Below, one piece after another: positions 1-9,407 of a DNA stretch of 64,000 nt (position 1 is the stretch's first letter; each line of letters starts with the position of its first letter). This stretch comes from Escherichia phage L27, in the sequence record LC473039.1; one strand, 5' to 3'. A program made the translations under genes and the position numbers. The notes under the pieces are model-generated. The model was not told the DNA's origin, ran no database searches, and worked only from the letters and a program-made list of their open reading frames with translations.

Positions 1-1
1 G

Positions 2-1651
2 ATTAACGCTCCTACACCTTATTTAAACGGTTTAAGAGCCACCAAGTCAGGCTATGCGTCATGCTGTTTGATTAAGGCAAATGATACTGCTGAGTCTCTC
101 GGTATTGCTGCAAAGGTTGCTTATGATATGACCACAAAGCAAGCTGGTATTGGTATGCTGATGGAGACACGTACTATTGGCGATGGTATCCGTCAAAACA
201 CGATTGAGCACATGGGTAAGCTACCTTATTACAAGCTTGTACGTTCATCTGTAGAGGCAAACAAACAGAAGAGCCGTGGTGGTTCAGCTAATAACTTCTA
301 CACTGCTCTAGACCCGCAGATTGAAGATTTACTGCGTTTGAAGCACCCTACAACGGTTCCTTCTAAACGTATTAATGAGATGGACTACTCATTCGGCACA
401 AACGATTATTTCTGGCAGTGTGTTCAGTATGATACAGATTGGTTGCTATTCTCTTACAAAGATGCACCAAAACTTTATGACATGTTCTACACAGCATCTG
501 CTGATGAGTTTGCTATGGCAGTTGGTCATGCAGTACATTCAGGTGTTAAGCATAGACGAGTCAAGGCTCGTGAAATTGCTAAGCTGTTTATTCAACAGCG
601 TTATGCTACAGGTCGTGTGTATCCGTTCTTCACTAACAATGCAAACACACATACACCATTTAAAGAACCATTGAAGATGTCAAATCTTTGTATGGAAATT
701 GTGTTGCCAGTGTATGGTTTTGAGAAAGAGACAGACCTTTACAGGGACGATGCTGTGAAAGAGGATGGTGAGGTAGCTCTTTGCTTCCTAGCTAGTTTGG
801 TTGCAGGGAGAATTTCAGAAGATGAATACGCTGACGTTGCTTATTATGCTCTTGCAATGGTTGACTCCGTTATTGACCTTATGGATTATCCGTATCCGTC
901 GATGTGTAACCATGTTCAGAAGCGTCGTTCTGTTGGGATTGGCCTTACAAATGTGGCTCATTACCTTGCGAAGAACTACGTGAACTACTCTTCACGAGCA
1001 GGTAAAACGAAACTTCATGAACTTGCAGAGATGCACTCTTACTATCTGCATGAAGCTTCTCTGAGACTTGCTAAAGAGCGTGGCGTTCCAGAGTACATGA
1101 AGTTCACTAAGTATCCTGAAGGCTGGGTTCCTCCGAAGACAGCTAACAAGAAGATTGATGAAAAGCATGATGCAAAACTACGATATGATTGGGATGACTT
1201 AGCACAACGTATCAAAGAAAATGGTGGAATCCGAAACTCTGTATTAGAAGCTTACATGCCTAATGAGAGTTCTTCACTAGCAACTAATACGACAAATGGC
1301 TTGTACCCAATTCGTGACTTTATTTTAACTAAAAAGTCTGCAACTGGTAACGTGCTGTTTATTGTTCCAGATTATGAAGAGTTGAAGTATGTCTATGAAA
1401 TTGCTTGGGATATCGACACCTTTGACATGATTGACTGTTATGCAATTGTTCAAAAGTTTACTGGTCAAGCTATCTCTTCAGATTTCTATGTTGACTATGC
1501 AAAGTCTAAGAAGGTATCATTGGCTCAAGCTCTGAAGTACATGATTTATGCCAACTCGGTAGGTATGAAAACCATGTACTACCTTAACAGTCGCATTGGT
1601 GTAGGTAAATCTGCACTGCAAGATGCTTATTGCGAGGGTTGTGGTGTTTAG
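2..1651 (+). CDS. nrdA: ribonucleotide reductase class I large subunit NrdA, C-terminal part (5-prime partial; reading frame open from window start)
   Basis: Frame open from position 2 with no stop; C-terminal Cys pair (YCEGCGV) typical of class I RNR alpha; directly followed by nrdB. Confidence 0.85.
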   Translation: MNAPTPYLNGLRATKSGYASCCLIKANDTAESLGIAAKVAYDMTTKQAGIGMLMETRTIGDGIRQNTIEHMGKLPYYKLVRSSVEANKQKSRGGSANNFYTALDPQIEDLLRLKHPTTVPSKRINEMDYSFGTNDYFWQCVQYDTDWLLFSYKDAPKLYDMFYTASADEFAMAVGHAVHSGVKHRRVKAREIAKLFIQQRYATGRVYPFFTNNANTHTPFKEPLKMSNLCMEIVLPVYGFEKETDLYRDDAVKEDGEVALCFLASLVAGRISEDEYADVAYYALAMVDSVIDLMDYPYPSMCNHVQKRRSVGIGLTNVAHYLAKNYVNYSSRAGKTKLHELAEMHSYYLHEASLRLAKERGVPEYMKFTKYPEGWVPPKTANKKIDEKHDAKLRYDWDDLAQRIKENGGIRNSVLEAYMPNESSSLATNTTNGLYPIRDFILTKKSATGNVLFIVPDYEELKYVYEIAWDIDTFDMIDCYAIVQKFTGQAISSDFYVDYAKSKKVSLAQALKYMIYANSVGMKTMYYLNSRIGVGKSALQDAYCEGCGV

Positions 1652-1706
1652 TTTTAACAACTATGAGGGTCGTAAAAGACCCTCTAAAAATAACTTTGGA
1701 GAGACC

Positions 1707-1988
1707 ATGAAAGATTTAATAGAAAAACATGAGCGACCTATATACTTGCTCCACAAGCCTCGGAAAACGATGTACTATGTGAGTAGCACAGATATGATGA
1801 TAAAACAAAAGGATGACTCATGGGTTGCTGGTATCTCTTACATCTCTACAGCAGATGGTAAAATCTACGCAAGACCTTATGAGATGTTCAACAAAGAAAA
1901 TTGGGAAGTTTTAGACAGAAAACAAGCCTCAGAAATGATAAAGAAAGGAGAAATCACACTATGGTTAACCAGCACCCAATCTTTTTAG
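1707..1988 (+). CDS. hypothetical small protein between nrdA and nrdB
   Basis: ATG at 1707 preceded by GGAGAG; ORF-track ORF 1623..1988 trimmed; overlaps nrdB start by 28 nt. Confidence 0.4.
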   Translation: MKDLIEKHERPIYLLHKPRKTMYYVSSTDMMIKQKDDSWVAGISYISTADGKIYARPYEMFNKENWEVLDRKQASEMIKKGEITLWLTSTQSF

Positions 1989-3034
1989 GTGGTGAGAGAA
2001 AAACTTTTGACTCACTTAATAAACACTACCCAAAAATCTTTGAGCTTTATAAACAACAAAAAGCACAAGATTGGTCAGAAGATGAGTTCCCTTTTGAACA
2101 ATCACGTCTTGATTTTGAGAGTGTCCCAGCATCAATGTCAGGTGTAATGCTTGAGATTCTTAAGTGGCAGTGGGAAGCAGATACTCAAGTTGCTAAGAGC
2201 TTGGCATTTGCCTTTGCACCGTTTATCTCTGATGACATCTATGCAACTGCAATTATGAAGCAGTCTGAGATTGAAAACCTACATGCTCTTACTTACTCAG
2301 AGATTGTAAGACAATGTATTAAAAACCCTGAAACAATCTTAGATGAGATTAACCAGAATGTTGCTGTGCAAGACCGATTAAAAACTGTGAATCGTGTTCT
2401 TGAAGAATTACTGGATGAAGGTATAAACTATCGTCTGAGTTATGTGCGTGATTCACTTCTGGACAAAGACCCTTTATACTTCCATAAAGTGATTCTGAAA
2501 GGGCTGTTTGCAGTGACTGCACTTGAAGGTATATCTTTTATGGCATCCTTTGCATGTACTTTTGCACTTGATGCTCAAGATAAATTTCAGGGTATTGCTC
2601 AAGCGGTACAGAAAATTATGCTTGACGAAATCCTTCACACTAAAATTGATATTGAAGTTTTAAAAGAAACTTTAAGGGATGATGAGTGGCAGAAAGCTTT
2701 TCAACAAATTCTTCCAGAGATTAAAGTAATCTTAGATGAAGTAGTTGAAAGTGAAGAGAAATGGTCGTATTATATCTTCTCCGAAGGACGTGCTGTAGTT
2801 GGTTTAAATACAAAGCTTCTTCATGAGTGGGTTTACTATAATGCTGCCCCACTGTATGATATGTTTGGCATTCAAAGAGATTTTGTAGCTCCTAAAGAAC
2901 CACCTTTGAAGTACATGATTAAGAAGATGGAAATTGATAAAGAGCAGAATGCTAATCAGGAGCAACAGAACGGTGCGTACCTATTGAATACTGTTGTAGA
3001 TGATTTGAATAGTGGATTTTTAGAGGTTCCTTAA
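1961..3034 (+). CDS. nrdB: ribonucleotide reductase class I small subunit NrdB
   Basis: ATG at 1961 behind AAAGGAGAAA; ferritin-like motif LEGISFMASFA; synteny after nrdA. Confidence 0.85.
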   Translation: MVNQHPIFLGGERKTFDSLNKHYPKIFELYKQQKAQDWSEDEFPFEQSRLDFESVPASMSGVMLEILKWQWEADTQVAKSLAFAFAPFISDDIYATAIMKQSEIENLHALTYSEIVRQCIKNPETILDEINQNVAVQDRLKTVNRVLEELLDEGINYRLSYVRDSLLDKDPLYFHKVILKGLFAVTALEGISFMASFACTFALDAQDKFQGIAQAVQKIMLDEILHTKIDIEVLKETLRDDEWQKAFQQILPEIKVILDEVVESEEKWSYYIFSEGRAVVGLNTKLLHEWVYYNAAPLYDMFGIQRDFVAPKEPPLKYMIKKMEIDKEQNANQEQQNGAYLLNTVVDDLNSGFLEVP

Positions 3035-3276
3035 TGACTTATGTAATTTACTCCAAAACTGGATGCCCTCAGTGTGAAACTGCAAAGAATTTTGCAAAAG
3101 CTCGTGGTATTGACCACGTTGTGAGAATGTTAGGACAGGATTATGAGCTATCAGAACTAATGGATATTGCACAGATGCCAGTTCGTCAGATGCCATTCAT
3201 CATGAAAACTGATGGACAAAACCTAAAACCTGTTGGGACGCTACAGAATTTTATGGCAGAGGTGAATAATGCTTAA
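3034..3276 (+). CDS. glutaredoxin/NrdH-like redoxin (CPQC active site)
   Basis: 80 aa, N-terminal CPQC motif, start overlaps nrdB stop; RNR electron donor position. Confidence 0.7.
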   Translation: MTYVIYSKTGCPQCETAKNFAKARGIDHVVRMLGQDYELSELMDIAQMPVRQMPFIMKTDGQNLKPVGTLQNFMAEVNNA

Positions 3277-3475
3277 ACGCCTTTGGGAAGGTTTGGTTAT
3301 TGATGCACCAGTTATTGTAATTGGTATGCTTATTGCTAACCTATTTACTGACTTTAAACAAGGTTTGTTGTTTGGAGTCATGTTACTATGGGTTATATTT
3401 GAAATCCTAGAGATACAGTTAGGTATCACTGAAAAACTAAGAGAACTCTTTGCGAAGTTTTCTAAAAAGATTTAA
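3269..3475 (+). CDS. small membrane protein
   Basis: 68 aa, two hydrophobic helices; followed by terminator hairpin. Confidence 0.45.
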   Translation: MLKRLWEGLVIDAPVIVIGMLIANLFTDFKQGLLFGVMLLWVIFEILEIQLGITEKLRELFAKFSKKI

Positions 3476-3482
3476 AATGAAA

Positions 3483-3505
3483 GGGTCTCTTCGGAGACCT
3501 TTTTA
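3483..3505 (+). terminator. Rho-independent terminator (GGTCTC-TTCG-GAGACC + T run)
   Basis: Perfect hairpin followed by TTTTT. Confidence 0.7.
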
Positions 3506-3523
3506 GCATGTAAAGGGGCAATA

Positions 3524-4720
3524 ATGAACAAAGTACAGATTATTAAAAAGAATGGCTCACTCGAAGAACCTGATATCAAAAAAGTTTTAGTAGCAGTCAC
3601 AAAGTCAGCTAATAGGGTTGGGTATAAAGAACTCCCACCAGACGTTACCCAAGCTCTTGAGTCAGCATTTATGAGGATTCTGGTAAAGTCCACTAAGCAG
3701 AATAATTTGCTAATTTCTGTAAATGATATTCACAGTATTGTTGAGGGTGCTTTGGCAGAAGTCAATCACGAGATTTATGAGTCTTACTCAACATATAGAA
3801 ATTACCGTAAAGAAGTTGCTCAAAATTGGGATGAACTCTACCAGAAGACCAAAGATACACTCTTCTTAGGTGACAGAGAGAATGCTAACTTTGACAGCAG
3901 TTTAATTTCTACAAAAGGTTCAATTATTCGTGGTTATCTGACTAAAGAAATCTTTAAACAGTACCATTTAACACCAGAGGAACTTGAAGCCATTGAAAAA
4001 GGGTTTATCTATATCCATGATTTAAGAGACCTAATTTTTGGTGGTATCAACTGTTGCCTGTTTGACATTGGTAAAGTCCTGAAAGGTGGCTTTGAAATGT
4101 CTGGCATCGAATATTGTGAACCAAAGTCTGTGCTGTCGGCCTTACAGGTTATTGGTGACGTAGTTCTTTCAGCAACTGCACAGCAATTTGGTGGCTTTAC
4201 TTTAGCAGAGATTGATAAGGTACTTGTACCGTATGCTAAGAAGTCTCTACGCTATCATGCTGAGAAAGCAGCATCTTATGGTATTCCTAAAGAACATTAC
4301 CACAATTATGTCATGGAGCAGCTACAGATTGAACTGACTCAAGGTTTCCAGTCACTTGAAATGAAACTAAATACTGTACCTTGCAGTCGTGGGGATTTTG
4401 CATTCACAACTTTAACATTTGGTTTACTTGACTCAGATATGTCTAATGAAGATAACCGACTACAATACATGATTGCAAGTACTCTCCTAGATGTTCGTAT
4501 GAATGGACAAGGTAAGAGCAAGAAGCCTGTTGTATTCCCTAAACTGGTTTATATTTATGACCAGAAGAGACACGATGAGAATATCTGTCAAGGACACCTG
4601 TACAGTAAAGCCATTGAGTGTTGCTCTAAAGCAATGTATCCAGATTTCTTAAGTGTATCTGGTCATGGTGCTGTAGCAGAAGCTTTTGAGCGTTCTGGCA
4701 AGGTAATCTCGCCGATGGGT
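3524..4720 (+). CDS. nrdD: anaerobic ribonucleotide reductase NrdD, exon 1 (ATP-cone + N-terminal catalytic region; ends ...ISPMG)
   Basis: ATP-cone-like N-terminus; ORF terminates at TAA immediately after ...SPMG, while conserved continuation CRAFLSP is found in frame at 5037. Confidence 0.8.
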
Positions 4721-5036
4721 TAACAGGCTCTATAGCTCATCTAAAACGTGCCTAAACAGGGAAACTCTACAGATGTAGACAATCCTGTGCTAAATGATGT
4801 ACGATGTAAGAAACTATACAACATAGGAGTCTTACATGCCAAATAACTTCGAATACGAGTTTGAATACATCTAAATGCCGAACGACTAACCGTGATGAAT
4901 GTAGCGGTGTAGGGTCAAGCGACTCGAAATGGTACGCTACTTAGAAATAAGTAGAAGATATAGTCTGGACTTACTGGCGACAGTAAGCAGCTTGAATAAA
5001 GCGGGGTAAGCTTAGCGAACTTACCTGAACAACAAG
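4721..5036 (+). other. group I self-splicing intron interrupting nrdD (ORF-less, 316 nt)
   Basis: Exon 1 ends in T (4720), intron ends in G (5036); joining gives ...ISPMG|CRAFLSPYHNEYGEEFYVGRANIG...; internal CAGGGAAACTCTACAGATG resembles the conserved group I P3/P4 core; no ORF inside. Confidence 0.75.
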
Positions 5037-5984
5037 TGTAGAGCATTTTTATCACCATACCATAACGAATATGGTGAAGAGTTTTATGTAGGTCGTGCAA
5101 ACATTGGTGCTGTATCTTTGAACTTACCAATGATTTACCAGTATTCTAAAGAGAATGGTTTAGATTTCTGGAAAGAGCTTGATAAGTACCTAGAGATGAT
5201 TCGTAGTTTCCACAAGAAACGCTACGAAATGATTGCTAATATGCCAGCAAGTTCTAACCCTCTTGCATTCACACAAGGTGGTCTGTACAAAGGAACTAAA
5301 AAATCCACCGACAAGGTTGGTTGGGATATCTTGAAGTCCTTCACAGCTTCTTTTGGGGTTACTGCGCTTGATGAGTTATCTGTTCTTACTGAGGGTAAAC
5401 GACTTCATGAAGTTGGAAGCTCTAGTTTTGCATACGATGTTCTGGCATACATTAACATGAAAACTGAAGAGTTTAAGAATGAGGATGGCTTCTTGTATGC
5501 GGTATATGGTACTCCAGCAGAGTCATTGTGTGGAACTCAGCTAAAACAGTTCAGAGATATGTTTGGTGTTATCAAAGGCGTTTCTGACAAGGAATACTTT
5601 ACAAACAGTTTCCATATGAATGTTGCAGCAAACATCTCACCATTTGAGAAGCAGGACTTAGAAGAACCATTCTTCCATATCTGTAGAGGTGGCAGAATCC
5701 AGTATGTAAGGGTAGCTAACCCAGAAAACTTAACAGCACTTAAAAGTTGTATTACAAGAGGGATGTTGAAGGGTTTCTATCAGGGGCTTAACTTTGACTT
5801 AGCAATCTGTGAACATTGTGGTAACAGACCAAAGGCTGACGTTGAAGAATGTGAGGTTTGCCATTCACATGATATCTCTGTGATTAACAGGGTGTGTGGG
5901 TACTTGTCATTCACAAAAATTAAAGGCCAGTCTCGAATGAATGACGCTAAGATGGCAGAAATTAAGGATAGAGTTTCTATGTAA
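5037..5984 (+). CDS. nrdD: anaerobic ribonucleotide reductase NrdD, exon 2 (glycyl-radical domain)
   Basis: In-frame open from 5016; C-terminal glycyl radical motif RVCGYL and Zn ribbon CEHCGN...CEVCHS. Confidence 0.8.
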   Translation, partial: CRAFLSPYHNEYGEEFYVGRANIGAVSLNLPMIYQYSKENGLDFWKELDKYLEMIRSFHKKRYEMIANMPASSNPLAFTQGGLYKGTKKSTDKVGWDILKSFTASFGVTALDELSVLTEGKRLHEVGSSSFAYDVLAYINMKTEEFKNEDGFLYAVYGTPAESLCGTQLKQFRDMFGVIKGVSDKEYFTNSFHMNVAANISPFEKQDLEEPFFHICRGGRIQYVRVANPENLTALKSCITRGMLKGFYQGLNFDLAICEHCGNRPKADVEECEVCHSHDISVINRVCGYLSFTKIKGQSRMNDAKMAEIKDRVSM

Positions 5985-5994
5985 AACTTGACAA

Positions 5995-6035
5995 GGTGAT
6001 GTGGGTCTTGATAGGCTTACATCACCTTTTTATTT
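5995..6035 (+). terminator. Rho-independent terminator after nrdD
   Basis: GGTGATGT...ACATCACC stem followed by TTTTTATTT. Confidence 0.6.
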
Positions 6036-6046
6036 GGAGTTACATT

Positions 6047-6382
6047 ATGGACTTGTGGCTTTATGTAGCAGTTTGTGGGATTGTATGTCTGATAATCTTA
6101 TTTATTCTTGGAGTAATGCGATTTAGAGACATCATACAGTCAGATTTTTTGCCTGAGTTTGCCATGATAGTTGGGGTTATTGCCCTTTGTGTCTTGGCAG
6201 TGTTCTATTCATACAAAACTGTGATATGGATGGAGGCAAACAATTGTGTAAAAACTCATCAGCATCGTGAGGTTACTCATTTTGTGAGTGTACTTAGTGG
6301 TAGCACCACTATACTTGTCCCACAAACTTCTGTAGAATATCTTTACACATGTGATAATGGTAAAACTATATGGTGGAATTAA
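6047..6382 (+). CDS. hypothetical membrane protein
   Basis: ATG at 6047 behind GGAG; two predicted TM helices. Confidence 0.45.
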   Translation: MDLWLYVAVCGIVCLIILFILGVMRFRDIIQSDFLPEFAMIVGVIALCVLAVFYSYKTVIWMEANNCVKTHQHREVTHFVSVLSGSTTILVPQTSVEYLYTCDNGKTIWWN

Positions 6383-6384
6383 CA

Positions 6385-6585
6385 ATGACAACACTCTTAA
6401 AAGTATTGATACCCACACTACATATAGCAGTCTTCTTCTTTGGTGTTAGTGTTATGGTATGGGGATTTTCAGACCCACAATGGAGTTTCTCATATCATGG
6501 TCAGATGGACTTATGGTCATGCTTCAAACCATTTTTAGGGTTAGCTATAGCATTCAGTGCATTACCAACTAAGGTGAAATTATGA
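6385..6585 (+). CDS. hypothetical small membrane protein
   Basis: Hydrophobic 67 aa ORF, tightly packed with neighbours. Confidence 0.4.
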   Translation: MTTLLKVLIPTLHIAVFFFGVSVMVWGFSDPQWSFSYHGQMDLWSCFKPFLGLAIAFSALPTKVKL

Positions 6586-6977
6586 TTAAGTTGAACCAAA
6601 AACAGTTAGAGTGGCTTAAAGATTACGCCTCAGAGTGTGGCTCTTGCGAAAAGAATCACGTAAAATGCTCAACATTTCATACAACCTTCACATTGTATAT
6701 TGACGACAACGTTCTAAGTGATTCTGTAGAAGATGGTGTAGCATTACCTAATGAATTGCTTGACAAGTTAGCTGTAGTCACTGGAACTTGGTCTGAAGAA
6801 GATGGTCACGAATTATCTGACGATGTTGTCTTCTACACCCTTGAAAACATCATGAATCCAGAGTACATTATGCTAATGACTTGCGCGCAAGACTGTGTTC
6901 CATTACAAGACTTTATTAAAGAGCACTGTGAAGAGTTTATTACTAAACAGGTTCCTTGTGAGGTGGTGTTTGAATGA
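6582..6977 (+). CDS. hypothetical protein (Cys-rich, acidic)
   Basis: 131 aa ORF, start overlaps upstream stop. Confidence 0.5.
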   Translation: MIKLNQKQLEWLKDYASECGSCEKNHVKCSTFHTTFTLYIDDNVLSDSVEDGVALPNELLDKLAVVTGTWSEEDGHELSDDVVFYTLENIMNPEYIMLMTCAQDCVPLQDFIKEHCEEFITKQVPCEVVFE

Positions 6978-7026
6978 GCAAAACAATTCGAAGAAAAGGT
7001 TTGAATAATATTGGTGAGGTAACTAG

Positions 7027-7512
7027 ATGAATTACATGGAGATTCTACCATTTGACACAGCTAATGGTGAAGGGGTTCGTGTAAGCCTCTTCGTAGCTGG
7101 TTGTAAGCATCACTGTGAAGGCTGCTTTAACAGGGAGTCTTGGAAGTTTAATGCTGGTAAAGAGTTTACTTATGCAAACCTATACGGAATCATCCAGCTA
7201 ATGGGTGATAATGCTGTCAGTGGGTTATCAATACTTGGTGGAGAACCTCTGGATGATAGAAATATTCAGGAGGTCACCAACATATGCAAACGTATTAAAA
7301 CTATTTATCCAGAGAAGTCTATATGGCTCTGGACAGGTTTTCAGTTACACGAAAAAATTCACCTAGATGTAATGAAATATGTTGACGTGGTGATTGATGG
7401 TAAGTATGATTCATCTAAACCAACAGTTAAACCATATCGTGGTTCTGATAACCAAAACCTCTGGAGAAAAGAGTATGGGTGGCAAGGCGATTGTCAATGG
7501 CGAGCAGAGTGA
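7027..7512 (+). CDS. nrdG: anaerobic RNR activating enzyme NrdG (radical SAM)
   Basis: CKHHCEGCFN = CxxxCxxC radical-SAM cluster motif near N-terminus; ~160 aa; follows nrdD. Confidence 0.8.
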   Translation: MNYMEILPFDTANGEGVRVSLFVAGCKHHCEGCFNRESWKFNAGKEFTYANLYGIIQLMGDNAVSGLSILGGEPLDDRNIQEVTNICKRIKTIYPEKSIWLWTGFQLHEKIHLDVMKYVDVVIDGKYDSSKPTVKPYRGSDNQNLWRKEYGWQGDCQWRAE

Positions 7513-7750
7513 TTATTCTGGCAAGTGGACTTATGACATCAACAAGTTAGATGCCTGGATGATTTATACGAGAGAAAAATTTGGTGCACGTTCATTATGT
7601 GCTCTTGCAACGATGGTGAAGAACGTTACCTTTGACATTCATGAATCTGATAAGTTTGGAGACTTCTACAGGATTCAAAACATCAGAGAAGGTATAACTC
7701 CAATTGGTATCACTGAAGAAGAACTTCATAAGTTCTGTATCAAACTTTAA
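7475..7750 (+). CDS. hypothetical protein
   Basis: ATG 7475 behind GGAGAAAAGAG; overlaps nrdG 3-prime end in another frame. Confidence 0.4.
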   Translation: MGGKAIVNGEQSDYSGKWTYDINKLDAWMIYTREKFGARSLCALATMVKNVTFDIHESDKFGDFYRIQNIREGITPIGITEEELHKFCIKL

Positions 7751-7765
7751 TGAGTGAGACTAAAA

Positions 7766-8032
7766 ATGGGAATTTTAGGTAATATGAAAGCTGGCTTCTT
7801 GAAGGCACTGGCAAAAGCAGCAGCAATCATTTCTATGACTGGAAAGCAGGTTGGTGTGGATGCTTCAGCAATTGCACAGGTTCTTGCAAGCCAAATTGAA
7901 CAACAGCCTTACATCCACGTTGGACGTGGTAAAGGTGGTAAAAAACAAGCACATCGACCAACTGGTGCAGCAGCAATTAAACGAGCAGCTAAGAAAGCTC
8001 GTAACCGTAAACGTAATAAGAAGGTTAAATAA
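7766..8032 (+). CDS. hypothetical protein with highly basic C-terminus
   Basis: ATG at 7766; C-terminal KKARNRKRNKKVK. Confidence 0.45.
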   Translation: MGILGNMKAGFLKALAKAAAIISMTGKQVGVDASAIAQVLASQIEQQPYIHVGRGKGGKKQAHRPTGAAAIKRAAKKARNRKRNKKVK

Positions 8033-8034
8033 TC

Positions 8035-8355
8035 ATGAGCAAAGTTTATAACACTCGCAAATTACAGATTTTCGTACTGTGCCAGTTTATGGCTAAAGAG
8101 TACAACTTCTACTATTGTGGTACAGGTTTTATTAGCGATGATGATGGCTCATACCTACCATTTAAAGAGGCTGTGAAGCTCTTTAATGAAGAGAAAAGCT
8201 CTAAGAAAGATATTGAAAAGGTTAAGCTAACTTACAGCAAGAAAGATAAGAAGATTATCTGCCTAGATAACTTTGTAAAAGTTACTGGAGAAGCAAAAGA
8301 GTTTATGGATGAGAGTGAGATTTCATTCACAAGCATCTTGAAAGTAGCTGAGTAA
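8035..8355 (+). CDS. hypothetical protein
   Basis: 106 aa ORF followed by terminator hairpin. Confidence 0.5.
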   Translation: MSKVYNTRKLQIFVLCQFMAKEYNFYYCGTGFISDDDGSYLPFKEAVKLFNEEKSSKKDIEKVKLTYSKKDKKIICLDNFVKVTGEAKEFMDESEISFTSILKVAE

Positions 8356-8367
8356 ACAGGTACTATA

Positions 8368-8397
8368 AGGGGACTTTAAAGGTTCCCTTTTTATTTT
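8368..8397 (+). terminator. Rho-independent terminator
   Basis: AAGGGGAC...GTTCCCTT hairpin + TTTTTATTTT. Confidence 0.6.
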
Positions 8398-8480
8398 GGA
8401 GATGTTATGTATCTGCCAAACATAAAACGTTCTGCTGCAATGGCAGTAACAAACGTAACTTTTGATTGAGAGAGAAAACT

Positions 8481-9362
8481 ATGAAAACATCTATCCGTGT
8501 TACAGTTCATTCACCAACTAAAGGGACTCATGAAGAAGAGTTTAACATCATCCAATTTCCTTCTGGTGAGATTGGTGGCCACTTTTCGCCAGAGTTTGTT
8601 GATTTTACTGCTTATGCTGCATCATCCATCAACAACGTGATTATGATTGTAAAGGGTTATGACAAAGACACATTATTTGCTGTGGCACTTGCTAAAGAGG
8701 CAATTGATGATTTAGTACCTCATAAGTTTGCTATGAAGACTGCTATCTTTTACTATTTGCCAAATGCACGTTACGACCGTCACATGTTTAAAGGTGATGC
8801 AGCAGCTTTGAAAGTGTTTGCACAACAGGTTAATGCAATGGGTTTTGATGCAGTCTGTGCAGTTGACCCTCACAGTTATGTACCAGATAACCTGTTTAAC
8901 TGCTTCCAGAGTATTCCTCAAAAGGAAATTGCAGTCCACTATGCAAATGACCCACTGGTTGATTACTTAGTCGCCCCAGATGCAGGTGCTGCTAAGAAGA
9001 TTGCAGAGACCGCTAAAGAGGTGGATAAACCATACATCACAATGTCTAAAGTACGCAACCTGAAGACTGGTGAAATCACTGGTATGCGAATCCTTGACGA
9101 TGTTGATTTGACAGATAAAACTGTCATGATTCTTGATGATATCTGTGATGGTGGTCGAACCTTCGTAGAGGCAGCTAAACACCTACGTGAAGCAGGTGCA
9201 AAACGTGTGGAACTCTATGCAACTCATGGTATTTTCTCTAAAGGTGTTGAAAACTTACTTGACAATGGTATTGCCCACATTTACACTACAAACTCTTTAG
9301 GCGAAGCTAAAGACCGTGGCTTAACACATTATGGTCAAGTTACTGTAGCAAACCTTGATTGA
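8481..9362 (+). CDS. ribose-phosphate pyrophosphokinase (Prs)-like enzyme; candidate ADP-ribose pyrophosphokinase (Adps) of a NARP1-type NAD+ reconstitution pathway
   Basis: Prs-family motifs: AVDPHSY, VAPDAGAAKK, PRPP-binding loop MILDDICDGGRTF, GAKRVELYATHGIFS; ATG 8481 behind GAGAGAGAAAA. Confidence 0.75.
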   Translation: MKTSIRVTVHSPTKGTHEEEFNIIQFPSGEIGGHFSPEFVDFTAYAASSINNVIMIVKGYDKDTLFAVALAKEAIDDLVPHKFAMKTAIFYYLPNARYDRHMFKGDAAALKVFAQQVNAMGFDAVCAVDPHSYVPDNLFNCFQSIPQKEIAVHYANDPLVDYLVAPDAGAAKKIAETAKEVDKPYITMSKVRNLKTGEITGMRILDDVDLTDKTVMILDDICDGGRTFVEAAKHLREAGAKRVELYATHGIFSKGVENLLDNGIAHIYTTNSLGEAKDRGLTHYGQVTVANLD

Positions 9363-9370
9363 AAGTTTAT

Positions 9371-9393
9371 AGGGGCTTGAAAGCCCCATTTTG
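9371..9393 (+). terminator. hairpin terminator between Prs-like and NAMPT-like genes (probably partial)
   Basis: GGGGCTT-GA-AAGCCCC + ATTTT. Confidence 0.5.
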
Positions 9394-9407
9394 AGAGAGA
9401 TTAAAAG

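Noticed and set aside
375-983. Two plus-strand ORFs (375..674, 801..983) in alternative frames
   Set aside because: Nested inside nrdA in other frames
5988-6017. TTGACA...TAGGCT promoter-like match after nrdD
   Set aside because: The sequence is the stem of a strong terminator hairpin followed by a T run
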